Source: an uncultured Clostridia bacterium (GTDB lineage Bacteria > Bacillota > Clostridia > Christensenellales > UBA1242). From it: 64,000 nt of DNA. Of this stretch, positions 19,910-28,827 are shown piece by piece (positions within the stretch are counted from its first letter, which is position 1; each line of letters opens with the position of its first letter). The position numbers and the translations under genes were made by a program. Below the pieces are notes generated by a model that saw nothing but the letters and a program-made list of their open reading frames with translations, was not told where the DNA came from and did not search any database. The stretch is from contig CAKNIB010000004.1 of the NCBI GenBank assembly GCA_930979925.1, positions 8,556 through 72,555 on the forward strand. Reading direction: 5' to 3'.

Positions 19910-20333
19910 GAGCGTCAATATTTTTCCTTTCAAGCTCTTTAAGGTTAAGAAGTATTTCGTCAAGTTCTTTTGAGACATTTTTGTGGTCTGCCTGGTCTTT
20001 TATACAGGTTACAAAACCCATAAATGTTCCAAGAAGCATTAGCTCCGCGATGTGACGGGTGGTCTTATCGGTCATTGTAGACATATTGATTGAGCTCCAA
20101 AGCTTTGCCTTTTCAAGCCAATTATTGTCCTTTATGCCTTCAATTTTTTCAGCTTTAGCAAAAAGCTCGCACTCCTTTTCAAGCGCAATATACTTGTCCT
20201 CTTCATTTGCAAGCTCTTTTTGCAAGTTGCTGTCCTTAACCTTAGGCAAAATATCCTCAATAGATTGTACTGCTGTACGTATATTTTGATATATTGCGTT
20301 GATATACTCAGTTATAAGTTCTTTATCTTCCAT
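19890..20333 (-). CDS. Hypothetical helical protein (147 aa)
   Basis: Strong GGAGG SD 6 nt upstream and a predicted all-helical composition. Its 3' end overlaps the convergent M50 gene by 20 nt. Confidence 0.6.
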   Translation of the reverse strand: MEDKELITEYINAIYQNIRTAVQSIEDILPKVKDSNLQKELANEEDKYIALEKECELFAKAEKIEGIKDNNWLEKAKLWSSINMSTMTDKTTRHIAELMLLGTFMGFVTCIKDQADHKNVSKELDEILLNLKELERKNIDALIPFLV

Positions 20334-20419
20334 AAATTCCTCCTATTATTGTTTGTGTAATTATTGTGATTTTTATACTATCCATGCATACATTTTTTAA
20401 CTTTGTAGAAAATAAATAC

Positions 20420-21808
20420 ATGAGAAAGTCGACAAAAATTTTATTAATTATCTTTATTTTAGTAACCATCCCATCCCTTGTGCTTGGTGGCTCTATTATC
20501 TCGGGTATTAAAGCGACCGATACAGGTTTTATCTTTGACTTTGACGCTAAGGGAATAATCGCACTTATCTTGACCTTAATATCAGTCATACTCGGTAGTA
20601 TTCTCTATACAAGATTTTTAATGTCACTAAAACTTGACAAACTGCTTTTCTTCTCAAGCATACCATTGATTGTCATATATGGCGCTATCATGTTTTTACT
20701 TGCCGACTTATCAAACATTGACTCAAATTTGGCAAAATCGGTAAGGACGCTTTTAAACATGTCTCAAGATAACGCTTATAACACCATTCTTTGGGCAATT
20801 CTTGTGACCATAATTTTTATTGTCATTTTATCGATAAATTATCTTATTATTAGCAAGCCTGTTACCAAAGTGGAGCGGGTAGTTTCTCGTCTTGGCGATG
20901 GCAAGGTTAAGGAGGACAACTTCGCAATAGGCGGAGGTAAACAGTTTAAAAATATTGAGCATGGACTTAATAAGATAAACAACAATTATAGAGAGAGCGA
21001 CAATTCTTTAAAAACTGCCGATTTAAGAAAACAAAAGTCGCTACCTAAACAAATGCTTAGATTTTTTGGGAGGAATGCTATAACAGAGCTAGAGCTAGGA
21101 AGAACAGTCAAGAAAAAAGCCACACTTCTTTATATAAAGCTAGAAAACCTTTCAGACTCCAATACATTAGAAGATAACTTTACTCTCTTTAACTCCTATC
21201 TCAATGTTTTATCACCAATTATACGGCGCTCCTCAGGCTTTATTGATAGATATGTTGGCAGTGGGCTCCTCGCAGTGTTCGCAAAGGCAGAGGACGCCAT
21301 AAATTGCTCATTACAACTATCTAGGACTATTCGAATAACAAATAAGTCTGACAAAAACAAGATTTTACTTGATGAGCGTATCTCTCTATTGTCTTCAAAT
21401 GTATCTTTTGGACTAAAAGATGGCAAACTGCCAACAATAGTATCAAATGATATAGAGGTGCTTGAGAAAATTGACAAAATAGCCAAGTTTATGTCTGTTA
21501 AGATGGTATTTACGAAGTCGGTAATAGATGACTTGCCTATTAGATATAAGCTCGCATATAGGTATATTGGATTTTTGGATATACATGAGATGAGGGAGGT
21601 TATGTTGTTTGAAGATATAGATGTCTATCCTAAAAACATCGCAGAAAAATTGGTTAAAAACAAGGGACTTTTTGAAAGAGGAGTTATATGTTATAACAAC
21701 GGTAAGTACCAAGAGGCATTAGACTATTTTCGCGAAAACCTACAAAGATATCCTAAGGATAGCGCAGGTTATGTCTACTACAATAAAACAAAAGAGAAGT
21801 TATCGTAA
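20420..21808 (+). CDS. Membrane receptor with a degenerate class III nucleotidyl-cyclase-like domain and C-terminal TPR
   Basis: N-terminal TM segments, then a CHD-like core (KKATLLYIKLENLS...GFIDRYVGSGLLAVF) in which both metal-binding Asp positions are replaced. C-terminal TPR-like YNNGKYQEALDYFRENLQRYP. ATG 20420 is preferred over the GTG at 20366. Confidence 0.5.
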   Translation: MRKSTKILLIIFILVTIPSLVLGGSIISGIKATDTGFIFDFDAKGIIALILTLISVILGSILYTRFLMSLKLDKLLFFSSIPLIVIYGAIMFLLADLSNIDSNLAKSVRTLLNMSQDNAYNTILWAILVTIIFIVILSINYLIISKPVTKVERVVSRLGDGKVKEDNFAIGGGKQFKNIEHGLNKINNNYRESDNSLKTADLRKQKSLPKQMLRFFGRNAITELELGRTVKKKATLLYIKLENLSDSNTLEDNFTLFNSYLNVLSPIIRRSSGFIDRYVGSGLLAVFAKAEDAINCSLQLSRTIRITNKSDKNKILLDERISLLSSNVSFGLKDGKLPTIVSNDIEVLEKIDKIAKFMSVKMVFTKSVIDDLPIRYKLAYRYIGFLDIHEMREVMLFEDIDVYPKNIAEKLVKNKGLFERGVICYNNGKYQEALDYFRENLQRYPKDSAGYVYYNKTKEKLS

Positions 21809-21909
21809 AAATTTATGCTAGCTTCAATAAAAAGATTTGTTTTGTTTAAAAGAGATTTTACGTTTAAACGATGGCAGGGAATTTGTACTTTACTATCATA
21901 TTGTTTTAC

Positions 21910-21938
21910 TTGACAAAAATAGCAATTATTGCTATATT
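21910..21938 (+). promoter_or_regulatory. Consensus promoter placed for a leaderless transcript of the TM2 gene
   Basis: TTGACA (21910-21915), 17 nt, TATATT (21933-21938), 6 nt, ATG 21945. No SD. Confidence 0.55.
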
Positions 21939-21944
21939 CTTTAT

Positions 21945-22553
21945 ATGAAATTATCAAGGAAACAGGATTTTCAAATCTGTCCAAGATGTGGACTTAAAAG
22001 CCTTGTCGGCGTAGAAAGTTGTCCAGAGTGTGGGCTGATTTTTTCACGCCTTGATGTTGCGACAAACAAGGATGCAAAGAGGAAAATCTTGCGCCATGAT
22101 AGAGACTTCATAATTCGTACAACCAAGTTGCCTAGTGATGTAAGCTTTGTTAAACTATTAGTATACAGTATATTATTGGGACCAACTGGCGCCCATTGTT
22201 TCTATGTAGGAAGGTATCTTAGAGGCTCAATTCTTCTTACTAACTTTGTTTTTATGCTCATGCTTGTTATATTTAACGCAGAGATAGCAGTGGTTAGCGA
22301 GGGAGCCCTTTTAGGAGTTCTTTCAACCCTTTGTGGCTTTGTACTTCTAATGTGGCCGTGGGATGTTTTTATGATAATCTTTAAAAAGTTTAAAGTGCCA
22401 GTAGCTATAGATATAGACGGCGATATAGAAAGAGCAATAGATATAGCACTTACTAGCGAAAGCGAGCAAAAAGACGGCGAGCAAACAAAAGAAGACGAGC
22501 CTGATAATAATAAAGAACAAGAGGCAAAAGGCTCAAAAGAGGAGAATAAATGA
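21945..22553 (+). CDS. Zinc-ribbon plus TM2 domain membrane protein
   Basis: CPRCG...CPECG zinc ribbon, TM2 signature [16 protein letters not shown], and an acidic C-terminal tail. The upstream part of the ORF-track frame (21837-21944) covers the promoter. Confidence 0.7.
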   Translation: MKLSRKQDFQICPRCGLKSLVGVESCPECGLIFSRLDVATNKDAKRKILRHDRDFIIRTTKLPSDVSFVKLLVYSILLGPTGAHCFYVGRYLRGSILLTNFVFMLMLVIFNAEIAVVSEGALLGVLSTLCGFVLLMWPWDVFMIIFKKFKVPVAIDIDGDIERAIDIALTSESEQKDGEQTKEDEPDNNKEQEAKGSKEENK

Positions 22554-23644
22554 GGATTGTAGTAGGAATAAGTGGCGGAGTAGACTCTTCAGTTGCCGCT
22601 TATCTATTAAAGCAGCAGGGACATGATGTTATCGGTCTTTTTATGGTCAACTGGGAGGACAAAGATGGCACCTGCACAGCTGAAGAAGATTTTGAAGATG
22701 TCAAAAGGGTATGCAATAAGATAGGGATACCTTATTTTTCGGTAAACTACACTAAGGAATACTATAATAGAGTGTTTGAGTATTTTTTGGAAGAATACAA
22801 AAAAGGTAGAACGCCAAATCCTGATGTGCTTTGCAATCGAGAGGTTAAGTTTGGACCATTTTTAGAGCAGGCTAAAAAGCTAGGTGCGGACAAAATAGCT
22901 ACCGGTCATTACGCTAAAAAGATTGAAAAGGATGGCAAATTCTATCTTGCCAAAGCTGACGATTTAAATAAGGACCAATCATATTTTTTAAATCAGCTTA
23001 GTCAAGACCAGCTTTCAAGCGTTATTTTCCCACTTGAGAATATCGACAAGCCTACTGTACGTGAAATTGCACACAAGCTTGACCTTGTCAATGCTGACAA
23101 AAAGGATAGCACGGGGATTTGCTTTATAGGCGAGCGCAATTTTAAGAATTTTTTGAAGGAGTATTTACCTGCAAAGCCTGGCAAAATCCTAGATCTTGAA
23201 GGTAACGTCGTTGGTCTGCACGATGGACTAATGTATTACACACTTGGTCAGCGTAGAGGTTTAAATATTGGTGGAAGAAAGGGCGGTAATGGCGAGCGCT
23301 GGTTTGTTATAAAAAAGGATTTAGCAAATAATATCCTCTATGTATCGCAGGGGGAGGATGACCTCTTGTATAGCGATTATCTTTTAGCGAGTGGCATGAA
23401 TTGGATACCAGAAATGCCAAAGGAGAAAACATTTGATTGCTTTGCTAAATTTAGATATCGTCAGCCTGACCAAAAAGTTAAAGTTACCATTTTAGATAAC
23501 GATAAAATACGAGTTGATTTTGCTGAGAAACAACGCGCCATAACTCCAGGTCAATATGTCGTACTCTATACAGAAAATGGTATTTGTCTAGGTGGCGGTA
23601 CTATTGATGAAAGTTTTAGGGCAAATGGCGAAAAGATAAGCTAG
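22550..23644 (+). CDS. mnmA: tRNA-specific 2-thiouridylase MnmA
   Basis: PP-loop [13 protein letters not shown] and conserved DQSYFL and RYRQ motifs. ATGA overlap with the upstream gene. Confidence 0.93.
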   Translation: MRIVVGISGGVDSSVAAYLLKQQGHDVIGLFMVNWEDKDGTCTAEEDFEDVKRVCNKIGIPYFSVNYTKEYYNRVFEYFLEEYKKGRTPNPDVLCNREVKFGPFLEQAKKLGADKIATGHYAKKIEKDGKFYLAKADDLNKDQSYFLNQLSQDQLSSVIFPLENIDKPTVREIAHKLDLVNADKKDSTGICFIGERNFKNFLKEYLPAKPGKILDLEGNVVGLHDGLMYYTLGQRRGLNIGGRKGGNGERWFVIKKDLANNILYVSQGEDDLLYSDYLLASGMNWIPEMPKEKTFDCFAKFRYRQPDQKVKVTILDNDKIRVDFAEKQRAITPGQYVVLYTENGICLGGGTIDESFRANGEKIS

Positions 23645-23709
23645 TCAAAAACAATAGTTTTTTGTATAAAAAATACATTTTTAGCCAATCTAATTGTAGG
23701 AGGTTAAAA

Positions 23710-23940
23710 ATGATAGTAGCAAATTACATCGCACTCATTATTCTTTTGATTGGTGGGTTAAATTGGGGACTTGTTGGTCTTTTCAACTTTAACCTAGTTG
23801 CATGGATAAGTATGGGCAACAGAATTGTTGAAAGAATAATATATATTCTCGTGCTAATCGCTACCATTTGGCTCATAATTGCATCAGCAATTGATGGTGG
23901 CATAGTACTCACAAACGCATTATATAATAAAACTGTTTAG
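23710..23940 (+). CDS. DUF378 family small membrane protein
   Basis: LIGGLNWGLVGLF motif. AGGAGG SD before ATG 23710. Confidence 0.75.
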   Translation: MIVANYIALIILLIGGLNWGLVGLFNFNLVAWISMGNRIVERIIYILVLIATIWLIIASAIDGGIVLTNALYNKTV

Positions 23941-23993
23941 ACAAAAAAGAAGTTATAATAAACCTAATACTTACTATAACTTCTTTTTTTATA

Positions 23994-24862
23994 CTAAATC
24001 AAAATAATAATTATTCCACACATGATAAAGCCTAGAGATATTAGTTTATTTTTTAAGTTAGGCTCTTTAAACATGTAAGCACCAAATATGACAGATACAA
24101 TCGTGCTAATTTGTTTGATAATTGAAACAACGGAGAGTAAACTGTCTGGCTCGCTAAGACTTTTAAAGAAAAGCTGGTCATCAAGCACTAAAATAGCGCC
24201 TGCTAAATAAATGTAAAAGTTTTTCCAGTCAATTTTTCGTACAAGCATCTTTTTGCTTTTTATACAAGCAAGAAAGAAAAAAATCCATAAGAAGGCGGAG
24301 ACAAATAGCATAAACCACCATTGCATTTGCATGGACGAAATAGATCTTAAGGCGACCTTGTCTATAATGGCAGAGCACTCGCTACAAACACAGCCAAGTA
24401 TAAAGAAAGTTATGCATTTTATTCTTGCCTTGTTTGAGGGGATAACCTTTTCGTCTTCCTTTTTCGTGTTTTTGTTTAAGAAAAACAGACCAAAGAATAT
24501 AATGGCAACGCCAATAAAACGATACCAAACGATAGGCTCGCTAAAAACCAAAATTGCAACTACAAATGATATGACAACTTTAACGGCGGTAAAAGGTTGT
24601 AAAGATGAAATCATATAATTTTTTAGCGCCACGAGTTCAAAAAGCCATGCAAGGGCTACAATTAAGGATTTGCCAAGAATAAGCAATATGTACTCCCAAC
24701 TGAGCGTTACAGCCTGTCCAAAATCCCATGAGATTATAATAAACCCAAAGGAAACGAGCATTGCGAGCACGAAAAAATATTGCTATACATAACAGCTTTT
24801 TTCCTAAAGACTGCATAGAAACCGTTTAAGACTGCGCCAATAATCGCGCAAATAATCCACAT
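23994..24862 (-). pseudogene. EamA/DMT-family transporter interrupted by a 1-nt frameshift in an A6/T6 run
   Basis: The 258-aa ORF (23994-24770) lacks the first TM helix. An ATG at 24862 opens 30 codons (MWIICAIIGAVLNGFYAVFRKKAVMYSNIF) that join the main frame if the homopolymer at 24772-24777 has 7 rather than 6 residues. Confidence 0.6.
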
Positions 24863-24868
24863 AGTTTT

Positions 24869-24896
24869 ATAATAACACAAATAGTTTGATTTTCAA
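24869..24896 (-). promoter_or_regulatory. Promoter placed for a leaderless transcript starting at ATG 24862
   Basis: Minus strand reads TTGAAA (24896-24891), 16 nt, TGtTATTAT (TATTAT 24874-24869), 6 nt (aaaact), ATG. Confidence 0.5.
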
Positions 24897-24901
24897 ACAA
24901 A

Positions 24902-25720
24902 TTAATTGATAATATTTCTTTGCCTATCAATTTCATACAAAAATATGGATGTCGCACAAGCTACATTAAGAGAATCAATTCCTTCTCGCATATCAATTTT
25001 GGCGAGTAAGTCACTATGTTCGTTAAGAAACCTTGATAGACCATCAGTTTCATTACCAATTAAAAGTAGGGTGGGTTTGTTAAAATCAACCCTACTTATA
25101 TTTGTCGAACCTTGCAAGGATGTAGCTACCACTTGAAGACTACTAAATTTTTCTTTTAAAAGTTTAACATAGTTCTCAAATTCTTGCCCGGACTCTAAAA
25201 ACTTAAAAGGTACACGAAAAAAGGAACCCATAGAAGCGGTGACAACTTTTGGGTCGTAAATATCAACACCGTGTCCCATGTAGAGCAGTTGGTCAACATC
25301 AAACGCGTCACAACTACGAATAATAGTACCGAAATTCCCTTTCTTTGCAGGTCTATCTAGTAGTACAAATAGAGGATTATTTTTTAAGCCGTTTAGGTCA
25401 AACTCCTGTTTTTTTATATTGACGATTGCGACAATTTCGCTTACATCTTCCTTGTCGCTGATTTTTGCCATCAACTCGGGAGAGAATTGGTAGCATTTTA
25501 TATTTAAAGAATTGATTGTACCTTTAGCCCAATTAGATAATTTTGCGTAATCAGAAATAATAAAGCAATCAATCTGCCAGTTATTATCGATAGCATTTTT
25601 AATGTTTTGTACGCCTTCAACGAAAAACTGCTGTTTTTTACTTCGCTTGAGCCTATTATTTTTTAACGCTTGGATTTCTTGAAACGTTGAGTTTTCTTTA
25701 CTTACACTTATGATTTTCAT
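24902..25720 (-). CDS. SpoU/TrmH-family RNA 2'-O-methyltransferase with an N-terminal substrate-binding domain
   Basis: SpoU motifs (LLDRPAKKGNFGTIIRSC, LLIGNETDGLS, SLNVACATSIFLYE). 4-nt overlap with the upstream kinase gene. Confidence 0.8.
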   Translation of the reverse strand: MKIISVSKENSTFQEIQALKNNRLKRSKKQQFFVEGVQNIKNAIDNNWQIDCFIISDYAKLSNWAKGTINSLNIKCYQFSPELMAKISDKEDVSEIVAIVNIKKQEFDLNGLKNNPLFVLLDRPAKKGNFGTIIRSCDAFDVDQLLYMGHGVDIYDPKVVTASMGSFFRVPFKFLESGQEFENYVKLLKEKFSSLQVVATSLQGSTNISRVDFNKPTLLLIGNETDGLSRFLNEHSDLLAKIDMREGIDSLNVACATSIFLYEIDRQRNIIN

Positions 25721-26292
25721 TCTTCATCCTCTCTCATTTGAAGGGCAGATAGACAGTATTCTATTATTGTTTTAAAACAATTATCTCTATCGTTAGATGT
25801 ATCAAAATATTTAATATTGTTTTTATTGCACAACGCAAGATTTTCTTTATCTATAGCCGATATATCTCCCCAAAGTTTAATTAAAGTTTCATTATTGTAA
25901 TTTTTTGTATAGTCATCGCTTTGCTCGTAACTTCTTATAATGTCTAAAATCTCGTCATTAGAACGCCCACCAAAGCCAAGACACAACACTATGTCTTCAT
26001 CCTTTACGAAATCAATGACCTGTTTTATGTTTAGAAGAGCACAGTCAAATATTGTGTTACATTTTGAAAACTTTTCGTTCCAACCAATAAATTCTCTAGC
26101 AAAAGCGGGGAATATCTCTTGACGAAGTTGACTATTTTTGTTTCCCCAGTCTTTTGCGTGTTGTTCGTCAATTTTTTGAAACCCATTTCGTAAAGCTTCA
26201 GATACGATTAGGTTGAAGGATGGCAAAACGCTTTTTAATCTTTTTGCTAGGGTAGATTTACCCGTTCTTGCAAGACCGCATATTATTATCAT
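25717..26292 (-). CDS. P-loop kinase-like protein (191 aa)
   Basis: Walker A GLARTGKST at the N-terminus. Small single-domain NTPase/kinase layout. The first 35 aa are reminiscent of chloramphenicol-phosphotransferase-like kinases (by memory only). Confidence 0.55.
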   Translation of the reverse strand: MIIICGLARTGKSTLAKRLKSVLPSFNLIVSEALRNGFQKIDEQHAKDWGNKNSQLRQEIFPAFAREFIGWNEKFSKCNTIFDCALLNIKQVIDFVKDEDIVLCLGFGGRSNDEILDIIRSYEQSDDYTKNYNNETLIKLWGDISAIDKENLALCNKNNIKYFDTSNDRDNCFKTIIEYCLSALQMREDEE

Positions 26293-26364
26293 AACAAAAA
26301 CCTTTTACATAATACTACAATATAAAGTATTATGTCTTACATAATACATACTAAATATTGTGTT

Positions 26365-26454
26365 TGGCGCAGAGGACAGGATTCGAACCTGCGGAGGCTT
26401 TGACACCTCACACGCTTTCCAAGCGTGCGCCTTAAACCACTCGGCCACCTCTGC
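26365..26454 (-). tRNA. tRNA-Ser (anticodon GGA), CCA encoded
   Basis: Reverse complement folds as a cloverleaf: acceptor GCAGAGG/CCTCTGC, anticodon stem CACGC/GCGTG with loop TTGGAAA, long variable arm, and TTCGAAT T-loop. Confidence 0.93.
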
Positions 26455-26478
26455 AAAAGCTATCTTAAATGCTATATA

Positions 26479-26507
26479 AATTTACCATTTTCAAAAAGTT
26501 TTGTCAA
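26479..26507 (-). promoter_or_regulatory. Promoter for tRNA-Ser
   Basis: Minus strand reads TTGACA (26507-26502), 17 nt, TGgTAAATT (TAAATT 26484-26479). Confidence 0.55.
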
Positions 26508-26661
26508 GAACTTATCAAATTATTTTGTATCTTTAATTTATTATTTGGTGTACTCGTCTTTTTGTCTGCCCTTGAGAAGTTTAGGAAGAATATTTTTGAC
26601 AAAGCGTATGATTATAAGTTGGCAAAGCTTTATATAAGTTTGACAACCTTTAAAAAGAACT

Positions 26662-26691
26662 TAATAAAAAACCGCGAGAGATTCTCACGGT
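26662..26691 (-). terminator. Rho-independent terminator of the YjzC-like gene
   Basis: Minus strand reads ACCGTGAG-aatct-CTCGCGGT followed by TTTTTTATT. Confidence 0.7.
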
Positions 26692-26711
26692 CTTTTAGAG
26701 GTAACACTCAA

Positions 26712-26873
26712 TTATTCTTCGTCCATTTCATAATGAGAGCCAGAATTTTGAGTTGCAGGGAAACGTTGACCTTTTTCAAGGTAGCAACTTCCGCCACATC
26801 TGCCATCTTTGTCATAGCAAGAGTAGTTACCAGATTTTGGTGCTTGTTCACCAGGTTTCCATTGTTTACTCAT
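26712..26873 (-). CDS. YjzC-like small protein (53 aa), absent from the ORF track
   Basis: MSKQWKPGEQAPKSGNYSCYDKDGRCGGSCYLEKGQRFPATQNSGSHYEMDEE. GGAGG SD 7 nt upstream and a terminator downstream. The pattern KPG-x-xAP-x-xG-x-Y...GxxFP matches the YjzC family. Confidence 0.75.
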   Translation of the reverse strand: MSKQWKPGEQAPKSGNYSCYDKDGRCGGSCYLEKGQRFPATQNSGSHYEMDEE

Positions 26874-27005
26874 TTTCAACCTCCATTAGTATTGTGTGCA
26901 GGTGAGGCAAGAATATACAAATTATTGACAAAAATTTTTTGTTTTTGCCTAAATACGTTTGCTTGCAATTAAAATAATTGTTATAATATTTTTGTGAGGT
27001 AATGT

Positions 27006-27854
27006 ATGATAAAAATTTGTACAGATAGTTGTGTTGATATAAATAAAGACCAAATAGAAGATAACAATATCTCTGTTTTGCCACTTAGCATTATTCTTGG
27101 AGATAAAGAATATCTAGACGGGGTGGACATCACTCCAAAAGAGATTTTTGCTTATGTTGAAAAGACAGGACAACTTCCAAAAACTGCAGCAAGAAGTATT
27201 GAAGACTTTAAAACTTTTTTCAATAATCTTTTAAAAGATGGCAGTGAAGTTATCTATATGGGTATATCAAGCAAACTTTCATCAGCATTTAACTATGCAT
27301 GCCAGGCAAAAGAAGAATTGCAAAATGATAGACTTCACATTGTTGACAGCAAGTCGCTTTCTACAGGTATTGGTCTGCTTGTTTTGTATGCATGCAACCT
27401 TATTAAACAAGGACTATCTTGTGAGGAGATTTGCAGGAAGTTAGAAAAACAGACGGACTTAAATCAAGCCTCATTTGTGGTTGATAAACTTGACTATCTC
27501 TACAAAGGAGGAAGATGCTCTGCAATGGCTCGTTTTGGTGCTAACTTACTTAAAATAAAGCCGAGACTTGAGCTTGTTGACGGTAAGATAGAAAACACTG
27601 GGAAGTATATGGGTAAATTTAATAATGTAATTTATAAATACATTGATGACATGCTTGCTCTTCATCCTAAAGCAAAAAAGGACCTATGCTTTGTAACGCA
27701 TACCTGTAAAGATCTAGACTTTGTAGATGAAGTTGTAAAGTATGTAAAGTCAAAAAATATCTTTGATAATGTGGTATCATCGGTAGCTGGGTCAACCATC
27801 TCTTGCCACTGCGGTGAGAATACTTTAGGAATACTTTACTTGCTTGAAGAGTAA
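27006..27854 (+). CDS. DegV family fatty-acid-binding protein (FakB-like)
   Basis: DegV pattern (ICTDSCVDI..., ISSKLSSAFNYA, DSKSLSTGIG). Upstream TTGCTT-17-TATAAT promoter and GAGG SD. Confidence 0.85.
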   Translation: MIKICTDSCVDINKDQIEDNNISVLPLSIILGDKEYLDGVDITPKEIFAYVEKTGQLPKTAARSIEDFKTFFNNLLKDGSEVIYMGISSKLSSAFNYACQAKEELQNDRLHIVDSKSLSTGIGLLVLYACNLIKQGLSCEEICRKLEKQTDLNQASFVVDKLDYLYKGGRCSAMARFGANLLKIKPRLELVDGKIENTGKYMGKFNNVIYKYIDDMLALHPKAKKDLCFVTHTCKDLDFVDEVVKYVKSKNIFDNVVSSVAGSTISCHCGENTLGILYLLEE

Positions 27855-27875
27855 TTTGTGTAGTTTGGAGGACTT

Positions 27876-28280
27876 ATGTTAGATTGTCTATTTTGTAAAA
27901 TTATAAAAGGTGAGCTTCCATCATATAAGATTTATGAGGATGAGTTTACATATGCCTTTTTGGATATTAGTAATGATGCAAATGGTCATATTCTAGTAGT
28001 ACCAAAGGCTCATTGTACAAATGTTTTAGATGCTAAGCCAGAGGATTTATCACATGTGATGCAAACTGTGCAGAAAATATCCAAACATCTTGTTGAAAAC
28101 TGTGATTTTGAGGGTGTTAACATATTAAATGCTAGTGGTGCTTACGCCGAGCAAAGCGTTTTTCATCTTCATTTTCATATTTTGCCTAGGAACGAAGGAG
28201 ATGGGCTTCACGTTTTTCCTACGCTTAATAAAAATGACCAAACGCTTGAAGAAATATGTGAAAAATTAAGGATTAAGTAA
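27876..28280 (+). CDS. HIT family (histidine triad) nucleotide hydrolase
   Basis: CLFCKII N-terminus and HLHFHILP triad. Confidence 0.88.
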   Translation: MLDCLFCKIIKGELPSYKIYEDEFTYAFLDISNDANGHILVVPKAHCTNVLDAKPEDLSHVMQTVQKISKHLVENCDFEGVNILNASGAYAEQSVFHLHFHILPRNEGDGLHVFPTLNKNDQTLEEICEKLRIK

Positions 28281-28720
28281 TGAAAAATATAACATTATAT
28301 ACAGATGGTGCCTGCTCGGGCAATCCAGGAAAGGGTGGTTGGGGAGCTATTCTTATGTATAACGATGCCAAAAAAGAAATCTCAGGCGGAGAGAGCCAAA
28401 CTACCAATAATAGAATGGAACTTACTGCAGTAATAAAAGGTCTTGAGGCGTTAAAAGAGGAGTGCAATGTTGACATTTATAGCGACTCTGCTTATGTTGT
28501 CAATGCTTTTTTGCAGGACTGGATAACTAACTGGCAGAATAACGGATGGAAGAGCAAAAAGGGAATGGTCTTAAATATTGACCTCTGGCAAAGACTAATT
28601 GAGCTTACTAAAAAACACAATGTGACCTGGCACAAAGTAAAAGGTCATGCCGACAACGAGTTTAACAATAGATGTGACGCCCTAGCAAGACGGGAGATTG
28701 CAAAAATAAAAGATACATAA
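28280..28720 (+). CDS. rnhA: Ribonuclease HI
   Basis: YTDGACSGNPGKGGWG, NNRMEL, DSAYV and HADNEFNNRCD motifs. 1-nt overlap (TAATG) with the HIT gene. Confidence 0.9.
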   Translation: MKNITLYTDGACSGNPGKGGWGAILMYNDAKKEISGGESQTTNNRMELTAVIKGLEALKEECNVDIYSDSAYVVNAFLQDWITNWQNNGWKSKKGMVLNIDLWQRLIELTKKHNVTWHKVKGHADNEFNNRCDALARREIAKIKDT

Positions 28721-28754
28721 TTCTATTTGTAAAAGATGATAACATTTCGCATTA

Positions 28755-28792
28755 AAAATCACTTTGTCAAAGCTTTGACAAAGTGATTTTTT
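28755..28792. terminator. Bidirectional terminator (near-perfect 36-bp palindrome)
   Basis: AAAATCACTTTGTCAAAGCTTTGACAAAGTGATTTT with A- and T-runs on either side, between convergent rnhA and the NUDIX gene. Confidence 0.8.
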
Positions 28793-28827
28793 CTGTTTTA
28801 TAAATGATTTTAAATAGTTTTAGATTT

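Noticed and set aside
23941-26454. Genomic island integrated at tRNA-Ser
   Set aside because: No integrase, recombinase or direct repeat of the tRNA 3' end could be found between 23941 and 26364, and base composition looks like the surroundings. The block is kept only as a functional hypothesis, not as a mobile element.
26425-26972. Plus-strand ORFs of 70 and 167 aa between tRNA-Ser and degV
   Set aside because: The first overlaps the tRNA gene. The second lies opposite the well-supported YjzC-like gene and its terminator, has no SD, and its product is Phe/Leu/Cys-rich with low information content.
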